Shown: positions 8,777 to 17,509 of the stretch, one piece after another | Numbering within the stretch: position 1 is the stretch's first letter | How the letters are laid out: every line of letters begins with the position of its first letter | Assembly (NCBI GenBank): GCA_045628045.1 | Contig: JAZQOV010000012.1 | Span: forward strand, 1 to 23,754 | Origin: Bacilli bacterium | GTDB lineage: Bacteria; Bacillota_I; Bacilli_A; RFN20; CAG-826 | Reading direction: 5' to 3' | DNA length: 23,754 nt | Notes under the pieces: model-generated | The model's input: the letters and a program-made list of their open reading frames with translations, nothing else | Told to the model about the DNA's origin: nothing | The model's database searches: none | Made by a program: the position numbers and the translations under genes

Positions 8777-11700
8777 TTATAATATTCTTTGCTTGCGAGT
8801 TCCATAGTATAAATTAATAAGCCAATAAGGTTGTGGTCCTCCGACTTGTTCTATATGTTCGTTGCAAGCAATTAATATATTATAGTCCTCATCAGTTAAA
8901 CACCAAGAAATTGCTTCATCTTCTAAAGAATCACATCTAATCGTAACTTTTTCATCATAAATTGAAATGACAACTAAATTTCTGTCTTGTTGTTCTCCTA
9001 ATGGCTTTTTATCGTTAATTCCGTAAGTTTCATTAGTGCTTACGAAAAAGTGATATTTTAATGATTTTCTTGAGTTTGGAATAATTAAGTTATTTGCTAT
9101 GAAATTCTCTCCAAAATAAATTTGTTCACTTGGCACAGGCAAAAATGCGATTCCATAGTTCAAATGGAAAATTTCATTCAATTTTTTATAATAGTCATAC
9201 TCAATTGTGCATATATCAGTGCCAAAAGAATCGGCTTTAACAGGGTATTGCAAAACTTTTCCATTAGTTTGTCCGTTATTGCTTTTTATTGAAATTTGGA
9301 CAGTGTCGCAAAAATCTTCAATTATAGTTGGTTTAGAAACAATATTCCCACTTTGCTCTACAATATAATTTCCAATTGTGTTGCTTGCTTCCATGTCCAT
9401 TTCAAAGCAGATTACATTTCCAACTCCGTATGTGTGCAAAGGAATATAATAATTAGTTGTTCTATTATTAAATGAAACTGTTGCAAAATCAGCTCTTATT
9501 CCACTATCGGTTTTTAAAGTTTGTTCAATAAGTGTTCTAGCATTGGCAAAAGAAATTCCACCAATAGAACTTTCAATTTCGTTTTTGGTTGAGAAATAAA
9601 TAAACTCGTTGACATTTTCATAACCTTTACTTGTTAATCTATTGTCAATTTCATAGAATCTAATTTCTTTGTCAATTTGTGTTCTGCGATTAATTGAATT
9701 GAAATTCTTAACAAACTCAACTTCATTAATTACATGATTAGAGCTGACTGAAAATGTTGTCTTAACAGTATTTGCTATCCATTTGTAGCCATTGTCATCT
9801 ACCCAAATTGAACCCTTACGGATTCTTGAACCATAACTTGACATATCAAGAGTAACAACTTTTTGCTCGTTTCCAAGTTTGCTAATGATACCGAGCATAT
9901 TTGAACCCATTTTATTAAGAGCAACACTTGAACTTGTTTGTCCAACAGGAATTTGTCCACTTGCTTTGTTTTCAATACTCTCTACCATTGTTTGCCCACT
10001 AAAAGTTGCATAGTATTCAATATTGTAGTAGTAACCAAAATAGTTGCTTTCAAAAATCAAATCACTTAAAGCTGCATAATTACTATTGAAAACGAAATTT
10101 AAAACTAATGCTCTTTGAATTGCTAATCTCAATTTTTCCTGGACATGGCTACTTTGATCTGTATATGTTCCTAAATAAATTTGTTTTCCACCATTAGCAT
10201 AATACAAAGAGTTGCTTTGTTTAGTTTCGTAATCAGTAGCATCTCCAACTTGCAAAGTTCCAAAAACATTGCTTTCAAAAAGTGTTCCAATTAAGTTAAT
10301 CTCTTTGTTTGGAGCATTTGTTCCAATAAATTTAAGTTCGGTGTAAATATGATCGCTATCAATTTCTATTCTTGCTTTAAGTTTCAAAGTGAAATCATGC
10401 TCATACTTGATATTAAAACTTTTGATACTTTGAATTGGCTTGTCAGTATTTGCGAAATAATCGTTTACTTCAACAATGCCAAATTTATCACTTTCAAACT
10501 TTTTGTATAGGTTTCTACATGGATAAAAAATTGCAGTTGGTTGTTTAGCATTTTGGTATGTTGTAACAAGTTCGTTTGCATAGTTACTATCATCAAGTTT
10601 TGTGTTAATGTCAGCTTTTCTATTATTTATATCTACTTGTTCTCCATTGAAATCGTTTAAATATTCAAAATCAAGTTCGTTATTTTCAGTGAGAGTAGGA
10701 ACAGCGTCTATATAACTAAATACTTCGTTAATAGCGTCAAAAACACTTTGCCCATTGAATTTAAACTCTGGAGCAACAATATCTTTTAGTTCATCAACTC
10801 TATTTGTCAATGTAAATAAATTAGGTTGTCTAACACTACCATTTAATCTTTTTCTTGCTTGTAATCTAATGTAATTTAAAACATCGTAAAGAGAATAATA
10901 GTAAGTATTAATATTAAAATCAAAATCAAAATAAACTTGAATTGTTGGATAACTTTTGTCGACTTCAAAAGCACTTGTAAAAGTAAAGCTGATATTTTCA
11001 TCTGTTGTGCTGAAAACGAAACTATTTTGGACAATTTCAATTTCATACCATCCATCAGTGCTAAAGAAATCTTTTGGCAAAATAACTTTGTCATTTGAAC
11101 CAACACTTACTGTTCTCGTTCTAATTGGGGTAGTTGCACTTTCACTTGAATAACAATTAATTTTAATTTGCCCTGCATTGAATCTATTTAATACCCAATT
11201 TCTTGTAGTTCCAGGTCGAATATTTGCATTAATATTTTCAGTTCCAATTGTCGCATTATTAAATGCTCTATACCAAGCCTTAATTTCCAAGACTGCATTT
11301 GAAACTTTTTCTCTGCTTGTTATGTGGATTCTATCTTTTCTATATTTTGGTCCATCAATTTGTTCAAGAATTGTTGCAACACCATCAGTTGTATAAGTAT
11401 AATTTGGACTTTCCCCACCAATTGTTACAAACATATAGCCATTTGCTAAAGTTTTGCAACTTTTTGGCAATGGTTGTTGAAATGTGCTTGGTCTTAATAA
11501 ATAATGGCTTGTTTCGTGTGTATTTTGGCTTATTGTAAGTGTGTGTTGATACTTTGCTGGTATTTTACTTACAACTGAAACATTGTCGCTTAGAACAACG
11601 AAATTCCAAGTTTCATCATTTTCTTCATCAACTATCTTTAATTTTGTTCTTGGAGCAATAGCATTAGCAGTTTCGTTCCACTCTAAAACTAAATTTCCAC

Positions 11701-11788
11701 CATCAAGACTTTCATCTTGTGTAGATGTAAAACTTGCATTTGTATTTACTTTAATTTCGTTATTGTTTAAATAAAACTTAATTGCCAT
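8777..11788 (-). CDS. Baseplate hub / tail tip protein (Tal/gp27-like, 1003 aa)
   Basis: N-terminal beta-barrel-like start (QDESLDGGNLVL...WNFVV...YQHTLTI) and hub-like segment (APEFKFNGQSVFDAINEVFSYIDAVPTL); follows the TMP-like gene. Confidence 0.65.
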   Translation of the reverse strand: MAIKFYLNNNEIKVNTNASFTSTQDESLDGGNLVLEWNETANAIAPRTKLKIVDEENDETWNFVVLSDNVSVVSKIPAKYQHTLTISQNTHETSHYLLRPSTFQQPLPKSCKTLANGYMFVTIGGESPNYTYTTDGVATILEQIDGPKYRKDRIHITSREKVSNAVLEIKAWYRAFNNATIGTENINANIRPGTTRNWVLNRFNAGQIKINCYSSESATTPIRTRTVSVGSNDKVILPKDFFSTDGWYEIEIVQNSFVFSTTDENISFTFTSAFEVDKSYPTIQVYFDFDFNINTYYYSLYDVLNYIRLQARKRLNGSVRQPNLFTLTNRVDELKDIVAPEFKFNGQSVFDAINEVFSYIDAVPTLTENNELDFEYLNDFNGEQVDINNRKADINTKLDDSNYANELVTTYQNAKQPTAIFYPCRNLYKKFESDKFGIVEVNDYFANTDKPIQSIKSFNIKYEHDFTLKLKARIEIDSDHIYTELKFIGTNAPNKEINLIGTLFESNVFGTLQVGDATDYETKQSNSLYYANGGKQIYLGTYTDQSSHVQEKLRLAIQRALVLNFVFNSNYAALSDLIFESNYFGYYYNIEYYATFSGQTMVESIENKASGQIPVGQTSSSVALNKMGSNMLGIISKLGNEQKVVTLDMSSYGSRIRKGSIWVDDNGYKWIANTVKTTFSVSSNHVINEVEFVKNFNSINRRTQIDKEIRFYEIDNRLTSKGYENVNEFIYFSTKNEIESSIGGISFANARTLIEQTLKTDSGIRADFATVSFNNRTTNYYIPLHTYGVGNVICFEMDMEASNTIGNYIVEQSGNIVSKPTIIEDFCDTVQISIKSNNGQTNGKVLQYPVKADSFGTDICTIEYDYYKKLNEIFHLNYGIAFLPVPSEQIYFGENFIANNLIIPNSRKSLKYHFFVSTNETYGINDKKPLGEQQDRNLVVISIYDEKVTIRCDSLEDEAISWCLTDEDYNILIACNEHIEQVGGPQPYWLINLYYGTRKQRIL

Positions 11789-11789
11789 A

Positions 11790-12254
11790 TTATAAACCTA
11801 CCTTTTTTGTAGAGAAAACTGTTTCTCCTAACAATTGGCTTTGCAACTCGATTTCTTGATTTTGTTTATTGATTTCAAATTGTCTATGAACCAATTGCTT
11901 AACATATCCAATTGGATTAATTACATGACTAATAGTAGTCTTAAAATTGTTGAAACCCATTGAATATTCATAATGCCCAGTGTAGTTTGATAAATGCTCA
12001 AAACCTACTGTTAACACTTTATTTGTAACTGCTCCTGCAGCTACTACTGTTCCAACAATAGGCAATGCTTTAGACAAGTTAGAAACACCAGTATTTATAA
12101 AACTTGAGAATCCACTCTTACCAAATTGTTTTATATCTTTCATAAAATTGGTAGGCTTAAAAGCACCACCAAGAGCATCATCTTTTGGTTGTGTGTTACT
12201 TGCTAATGTGCTTTGTTCTTCACTATGTAAATAAATGTGATAATCTCCACCCAT
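11790..12254 (-). CDS. Putative very short tape-measure-like protein (154 aa)
   Basis: Sits between the tail protein and the hub; amphipathic Gly/Ala/Phe-rich helices, hydrophobic ALPIVGTVVAAGAV, NPIG motif and C-terminal coiled coil. Confidence 0.5.
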   Translation of the reverse strand: MGGDYHIYLHSEEQSTLASNTQPKDDALGGAFKPTNFMKDIKQFGKSGFSSFINTGVSNLSKALPIVGTVVAAGAVTNKVLTVGFEHLSNYTGHYEYSMGFNNFKTTISHVINPIGYVKQLVHRQFEINKQNQEIELQSQLLGETVFSTKKVGL

Positions 12255-13396
12255 TATTTATCTCCTAAAGTAATTGTAAACGATAATGGACTACCTAATT
12301 CAGTATTTTCATTAATGTTTAAAGCAAGTTGATCTGTTGTGTATCTAAAGCCATTTGAATATTCTTTAATAAGTTTAACATTTTCGATTAAGTCAAGTAT
12401 TTGTCTATTATATAACATAAATAATAATGCACCAAAAGTTGTGTCTGGGTTCGGGAATAAAATCATTGACTTGTTGTAATTGACTATATTAGCAACATTG
12501 TGAGCAAATTTATCTACACCAATTAATTGTTGCGAAATTGGAGAAACACTTGCTCCTGTTCCTGCATTTGTCCAAACGATTTCTTCTTCTACATTGTTGA
12601 AATATTCAGTTTCGGTTATTGTTACTTCTTCAATATCGTATTCAGTTTCTAATTCGTTATCGTATGCTTTACGAACTTTTCCGTTTGCAAAGTCTAAATT
12701 CTCTGCAAATAAGCTGTTATTATCTTTTGTATAAATTAAATCATTGTTGGCATTTTTCCAACAGTATAAATCTTCATCATCTCCACTTGGGAATCTTTGA
12801 TAATTTACACCATCAACAACAATTCCATTAACATAAAACTCTCTATATTTTAAGTTCATAGAGAATTTTGTATCATTTCCAAAAAGGAAACCTTCTGCAA
12901 CTTGTGTAACAAAAAGATTAAGCTGCATACTGAACCAATTTTGCGACATTTCAATTGTTTGTCTATAAACACTACCAGTCCACTCTTTGAACTGCTCAAA
13001 GTCCATTCCTGTTATTTCTCCAAATTGAGCAACACCCATATTTGTTAAGCATTTTCCACTCAATTCTCCAAAGTTAACCATTTCTCCAATGAAATATTGT
13101 CCAAGATATGCCTCTAAATCATAGAAAATGTCTTTGTATTTAATTGGATAGTAAATGGCAATATTAATTGACTTGCTTTGTTGTTTTAATCGTGGAATTG
13201 GGTTATTTTCTCCACCACCTAAACCAATGAAAACTGGAATAAGATTTTTTCCAAGTTGTCTATCTGCAATTTTGTCTAATCTATAACCTTCAGTGGCAAC
13301 TAAAAAACTAACTCTTTCGTTGTCAATTCTCAAAGGATTATCAACGCTATTGAGTATCTCATTTAATTTATTTGATATTTCTAATAAGTTAATCAT
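12254..13396 (-). CDS. Tail protein: tail-terminator-like N-domain plus tail-tube/Dit-like C-domain (380 aa)
   Basis: Start re-assigned to ATG 13396 (ATGA overlap with the upstream stop, GGAGG SD). Occupies the terminator/major-tail slot. The C-terminal INENTELGSPLSFTITL resembles tube-protein ends. Confidence 0.5.
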   Translation of the reverse strand: MINLLEISNKLNEILNSVDNPLRIDNERVSFLVATEGYRLDKIADRQLGKNLIPVFIGLGGGENNPIPRLKQQSKSINIAIYYPIKYKDIFYDLEAYLGQYFIGEMVNFGELSGKCLTNMGVAQFGEITGMDFEQFKEWTGSVYRQTIEMSQNWFSMQLNLFVTQVAEGFLFGNDTKFSMNLKYREFYVNGIVVDGVNYQRFPSGDDEDLYCWKNANNDLIYTKDNNSLFAENLDFANGKVRKAYDNELETEYDIEEVTITETEYFNNVEEEIVWTNAGTGASVSPISQQLIGVDKFAHNVANIVNYNKSMILFPNPDTTFGALLFMLYNRQILDLIENVKLIKEYSNGFRYTTDQLALNINENTELGSPLSFTITLGDK

Positions 13397-13782
13397 TTTA
13401 ATATGCCTCCATAATGGTTCACAAAGTAATCGCAAACAGCTTTGGTTGATTTCTCACTGATGAAACCTTTGTGTTTAGTTGATCCAGGGTGGAATTTCCC
13501 ATCAAAGTTTCCACCTATTCCAAAATCTTTTCTTACTATTTTTTTCCATGGGTTATTGCCTAACGCAAAACCAAAAGCATTAAATATATCGTGTGGTTGT
13601 GTTCCTTCTTCCAAATATTCAACATAAGGGGCTACTTCTGTGCTAAATGTAATGCAATAAGTATTAGGATCAATTAATTGTCCACTCGTTGCTTCATCTC
13701 TTAATTTTCCGTTTTTGTATGGAAACCAAGAAGCAGTTTTTATGTTTCTAACGATTTTCTCTCCATCTCTTTCTAAATTCAT
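13393..13782 (-). CDS. Neck/tail-completion protein, HK97 gp10-like
   Basis: PYKNGKLRD...VAPYVEYLEEGT..H.I...HPG...GFI motif series; third gene after the capsid gene. Confidence 0.75.
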   Translation of the reverse strand: MNLERDGEKIVRNIKTASWFPYKNGKLRDEATSGQLIDPNTYCITFSTEVAPYVEYLEEGTQPHDIFNAFGFALGNNPWKKIVRKDFGIGGNFDGKFHPGSTKHKGFISEKSTKAVCDYFVNHYGGILK

Positions 13783-13784
13783 AA

Positions 13785-14132
13785 TTAATGTAATGTTATT
13801 CCTTTTGGACTATTTGCTGCGATATATTCTTCATTGAAAATGCTAGCATCTATAATTTTGTTTTGGTCTAAATAATAGCCAACTGATTCTACTGTCCAAA
13901 TTTTTCCAAGATACATAACTTTATCATCAGCTTTGATATTTTCAGGCAAATTTGTTGAGTAAATGAACAAACTATCACTTCTAACTTTTACACCTTTTTG
14001 TATATTGTAAGTTTTCTTTTCATAATTGCTAGCTGGTCTGCCTCTAAAAGTTATGGCATTTTCATCAAAATCCCATTTGTTATCTAATACTGGACAAAAC
14101 GATAAAATGTGGTTTTCGTTGTTTGTAAGCAT
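13785..14132 (-). CDS. Head closure (stopper) protein
   Basis: 115 aa, beta-rich, IKADDKVMYLGKIWTVESV matches the SPP1 gp16-like pattern; synteny. Confidence 0.65.
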   Translation of the reverse strand: MLTNNENHILSFCPVLDNKWDFDENAITFRGRPASNYEKKTYNIQKGVKVRSDSLFIYSTNLPENIKADDKVMYLGKIWTVESVGYYLDQNKIIDASIFNEEYIAANSPKGITLH

Positions 14133-14135
14133 AAT

Positions 14136-14651
14136 TTAATGATCCTTTGAATTTTGATACACAAATTGGAAAATGCTTGTTGGATATGGCTCTGCATAAC
14201 AAATGTTGAAACCAAAATAATTAACTGAATCATCAATTTCGTTCTCGGCATTTAAACAAAGCATATTTTCTCTAACCAAGTATCTATCCATAACTTGTCC
14301 ACTTTGAACATTTACAGTTGGCATTTTTCCTAAACTATTTGTGGCATACTCTAAATCACTCTCGATTTGTGCCATTAAGACTGCATAAATGAATTTTCTT
14401 CCATTTTCGGTTCTATTGAGCATAAAGTTAATAACTTGCCTATTAGCAGTATTACTATGATTAACTAAATAATTATAAACTAATCTTGAATTGTCTTTTA
14501 ATCTTCTTTTCAAAACGGAATCGTTTTTAATAGGCATGACATCGAACAAAGTTTTGGCTTCCTCCATAGTTAGTTCATATCTACCAGTTTCGTTGTTGTA
14601 AATGAGTTTTTCATCATCATAAGGATTTTTAAGAATTTCTATCGTTTTCAT
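14136..14651 (-). CDS. Head-tail adaptor (connector) protein
   Basis: Helical 171-aa protein immediately after the capsid gene; called mainly from synteny. Confidence 0.6.
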   Translation of the reverse strand: MKTIEILKNPYDDEKLIYNNETGRYELTMEEAKTLFDVMPIKNDSVLKRRLKDNSRLVYNYLVNHSNTANRQVINFMLNRTENGRKFIYAVLMAQIESDLEYATNSLGKMPTVNVQSGQVMDRYLVRENMLCLNAENEIDDSVNYFGFNICYAEPYPTSIFQFVYQNSKDH

Positions 14652-14688
14652 AAATTCATTATACTAAATTGAAAATATGTTTTTCAAT
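14652..14688 (-). promoter_or_regulatory. SigmaA-like promoter (TTGAAA-18-TATAAT) with overlapping inverted repeat; probable leaderless transcript
   Basis: Minus strand: -35 TTGAAA 14687-14682, -10 TATAAT 14663-14658, then 6 nt to ATG 14651, with no SD. ATTGAAAA-N5-TTTTCAAT palindrome at 14668-14688. Confidence 0.65.
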
Positions 14689-14692
14689 ACAC

Positions 14693-14721
14693 AAAAAAAG
14701 AGTAGGTTGCCCTACCCTTTT
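14693..14721 (-). terminator. Rho-independent terminator after the major capsid gene
   Basis: Minus strand GGGTAGG-GCAA-CCTACTC followed by T7; GNRA tetraloop. Confidence 0.9.
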
Positions 14722-14735
14722 AATTGGTTTTTTAA

Positions 14736-16160
14736 TTAAGCGCTAATTGCTTTGCTAACTAATGTGCAAGTGCCATCATCTGCAATGTAAACAACATTGA
14801 CATATTTACCAGCACTTTGGCTTGAACCAAATGATGCTTGAGTTCCAATTGTTAATGAACCTTTGACTGCACCATCAGCATTGACTGCTGCAACGAAACC
14901 TGCAATTGATTTGACTGGTCCATTTTGTGCAGTTGTTACAACATAGTAAGCTGCTTTTAAGTGGTCTGTTCCAGCATCATCTTTAGCAGTGCCAGTTGCA
15001 GTAACTGCTGTTGTAGAAACTGTTAATGCAGCGTCATCAGCATAGTAACGAGAAGCACCACCTTTTAACTTGAATGTTACTTGTGAAGCAACACCAGAGA
15101 AGATAGTCTTTAATGCTGCAATTGGATCGTAACCATCAACAGTTGTTAATGCGACATTGCCCTTTGGATACCAAGAAACTGCACCCATTTTGGATAATGG
15201 TTGAATTTCAACACCTTGTCCACCATGTGCATCGATGATTTTTACTTGTTCGACAGTTGAGAAACCACGAGCATTTGCATAACCTGAAGAAATCCATCCA
15301 ACTAAAGAATCATCATTGATGAATTCCATTTTTGGAAGTCCACAGAAGTATGCAGCGTGCATTAATGATTTGTTGGATAAGCCATGAACTGGAACTGAAT
15401 CAATAACACCCCAGAAGCCATCATCAAGATTTCTCTTTTCAGTTGAAGCATCTAATGTGCCTTTTCTTGCAATATCGTAGCCATAGTTAGCACCACCGAT
15501 AACGAGAACACCAGATGCAATTAATGTAGGTCTATAACCCATTTTGAATGTTGCGATTCTTGTGTCTAATGGGAACGAATCAATATCGTGTTCCATATCG
15601 CCTAAATCGAGTAATGTGTTAGCTGCGATGAAGTCATTGAGCATTGTAGCAGTTGCTAATTTCTTTTCGTTTCTGTTTGCACTTGTTGTGTTGTATGAAG
15701 CCATCCACTTTGCTGCCCAAGATGATCCGTTGAGAGCAGTGTTGATATTTGCGACATAGTTAGCAATTTCTCCACTTGCTAAATCGATGTCGATTCTATC
15801 TTGTGCAACTCTTGGAACGATAATTGGTTCATCGAAGTATGTTAAGATTTCGATACCAACTGTTTCTGTGTGGCTCATATAACCATTGTTGTTAAATGCA
15901 CCACCATTTTTAGCAGCACCATGTTCACGACCGAGAGAATCGTGTGCTTTTAATCTGTTAACAAAAACTTGTCCAGCATCGTTTGCTTCTTGTTCAGTAA
16001 CGAATTTGTTGTTAACACCTTTGCCATCTTTTTCAACTAATTCTTGATAAATGGCTTTTAAAACTGCTTTGCTAAAGTTTCTACGAACAGAAACACCATT
16101 AACATAAGTAGCATTTGTTGGAGATAAAACTTGTGAAATTGTTTCTTTAATGTTTGCCAT
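14736..16160 (-). CDS. Major capsid protein with C-terminal extension (474 aa)
   Basis: Follows the scaffold gene; strong AAGGAAAGGA SD; terminator downstream; P-domain-like FWGVIDSVPVH; Ala/Thr/Val-rich ~130-aa beta tail. Confidence 0.8.
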   Translation of the reverse strand: MANIKETISQVLSPTNATYVNGVSVRRNFSKAVLKAIYQELVEKDGKGVNNKFVTEQEANDAGQVFVNRLKAHDSLGREHGAAKNGGAFNNNGYMSHTETVGIEILTYFDEPIIVPRVAQDRIDIDLASGEIANYVANINTALNGSSWAAKWMASYNTTSANRNEKKLATATMLNDFIAANTLLDLGDMEHDIDSFPLDTRIATFKMGYRPTLIASGVLVIGGANYGYDIARKGTLDASTEKRNLDDGFWGVIDSVPVHGLSNKSLMHAAYFCGLPKMEFINDDSLVGWISSGYANARGFSTVEQVKIIDAHGGQGVEIQPLSKMGAVSWYPKGNVALTTVDGYDPIAALKTIFSGVASQVTFKLKGGASRYYADDAALTVSTTAVTATGTAKDDAGTDHLKAAYYVVTTAQNGPVKSIAGFVAAVNADGAVKGSLTIGTQASFGSSQSAGKYVNVVYIADDGTCTLVSKAISA

Positions 16161-16183
16161 AATTTAATTTCCTTTCCTTTGGC

Positions 16184-16735
16184 TTAACGATTTAACTTTT
16201 TGAGAATGTCATCTTGAGATTCTTCAAAATTGCCACCTGAAGCAGGTTCTTGACTTGGAACGCCTACAGGATTTTCTTGTGCTGGTGCTTCTAATACACC
16301 AACTTTTCTTAATGCTTCTTCTAATGAATCGAAACGAGCTGCCATACCATCTAATGCTTTTTGCACTTCTTCGTATTTTGCTTTGTAATCGACTTGTTCA
16401 TCAGTAGGTTCATTAACTGGTGGTTGTGGTTCTTCCATTGGTGGTTGTTCTTGTGGAACTTCATCGACTGGAGGAACTTCGTTTTCTTCGCCCATTGCTT
16501 CAGGTTCAGGTTCTTCATCACTTTCTGCAACAGGTTCTTCATTTGGCACTGGTGGTTCACTATCTACTGGTTCTTCGTTAGGAATTTCATCATTGCCATT
16601 TGGCTCATCGACAACTTCTTCTTCATCTTCGGTATTATCTAAATCAGTTAAGAAGTTTTCTTTTTCTTCATCAGTAACACCATAAGCTGTTAAGAGTTTG
16701 CCGATTTTAGCACGAATTTTGTCTTTCTTGTCCAT
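16184..16735 (-). CDS. Capsid scaffolding protein
   Basis: Very acidic, Pro/Glu-rich repeats (PNEEPV twice, PPVDE/PPVNE), coiled coil DYKAKYEEVQKALDGM; directly upstream of the capsid gene. Confidence 0.7.
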   Translation of the reverse strand: MDKKDKIRAKIGKLLTAYGVTDEEKENFLTDLDNTEDEEEVVDEPNGNDEIPNEEPVDSEPPVPNEEPVAESDEEPEPEAMGEENEVPPVDEVPQEQPPMEEPQPPVNEPTDEQVDYKAKYEEVQKALDGMAARFDSLEEALRKVGVLEAPAQENPVGVPSQEPASGGNFEESQDDILKKLNR

Positions 16736-16815
16736 GCTTTAATCCCTTTCTTTTTGCATTGTGATAATTTTTATTCGGCTATTTGTTGAAACAAAGTTAC
16801 CTATTATCATTTATA

Positions 16816-16845
16816 ATTATAGCAATAATTTAGACATTGTATAGA
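16816..16845 (-). promoter_or_regulatory. Extended -10 promoter (TGCTATAAT) for scaffold-capsid genes, with palindromic operator candidate
   Basis: Minus strand TGcTATAAT at 16824-16816 directly after a terminator; TTTAGACA-T-TGTATAGA at 16829-16845. Confidence 0.55.
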
Positions 16846-16876
16846 AAAAAATGCCTAATACATAGTATTAAGCACT
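16845..16876 (-). terminator. Rho-independent terminator after the portal/minor-capsid unit
   Basis: Minus strand GTGCTTAATAC-TAT-GTATTAGGCAT followed by a T run. Confidence 0.75.
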
Positions 16877-16897
16877 TATTAAATTGTTATTTAGTGA

Positions 16898-17479
16898 TTA
16901 GATAACTCTTTTGTAGTGAACTTTGACAATATCAGTTTCGCCTAAAGCTGCATCAATTGAAATGTTGAGTTTGCCATTTTCATCAAGTGATCCGTAGCAG
17001 TCGGTTTCGCTATCTAATACAAGTTTAAATGGTGTTAAGCAAGTTGCACTATTGTAAGGGAATACTGTAAAACTTGCTCCAGCGTGTGTTCCACTTCCTT
17101 CAATTTCAAGATAGATAGTGTAGCCATTTGTTTCATCTAATCCTTCAACTTCAATAGTTGTGCTACTTTCGGCAATAGTTGTTGTAATGTCGGTATCGGC
17201 AACTTCAATTGGGAATAAAAAGTCAACACAGTCTTGGTCTAAAGAAATGACTAATTTTTTGCCATCTTCTGCGACATCAAAGTTAATATAATCACTGCCT
17301 TTAATGAATTTTTGTAACTCGGCAATAGTTAGTTCTTTTGTCTTTTTTCCTGGTTCATCAATTTCATCAATGTTTGAACGCTTTTCGTGTGCTGGTGTAA
17401 CTACGATAGCTGCTCCACCTTTTTCAAAACCTTTTTTCTCAAATTCTTGTTCTGCGTATGGTTTATTAATTTCTGGCAT
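16898..17479 (-). CDS. Acidic beta-rich protein, putative head decoration/fibre protein
   Basis: GGAGG SD; GSDYINFDVAEDGKKLVISLD fibre-like motif followed by an all-beta C-domain; located in the head module. Confidence 0.45.
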   Translation of the reverse strand: MPEINKPYAEQEFEKKGFEKGGAAIVVTPAHEKRSNIDEIDEPGKKTKELTIAELQKFIKGSDYINFDVAEDGKKLVISLDQDCVDFLFPIEVADTDITTTIAESSTTIEVEGLDETNGYTIYLEIEGSGTHAGASFTVFPYNSATCLTPFKLVLDSETDCYGSLDENGKLNISIDAALGETDIVKVHYKRVI

Positions 17480-17509
17480 AATTATTTCCTCCTATGTTTC
17501 CATTTCTAA

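Noticed and set aside
13397-13435. Longer track starts (TTG/ATG at 13435, 2257 and 116)
   Set aside because: Downstream ATGs at 13396, 2284 and 143 overlap the previous stop codons and have SD motifs, so they are more plausible.
16400-16630. Short DNA repeats (GGTTCTTC, TCAGGT) as a repeat array or CRISPR
   Set aside because: Explained by the Pro/Glu-rich coding repeats of the scaffold protein; no regular repeat-spacer period.
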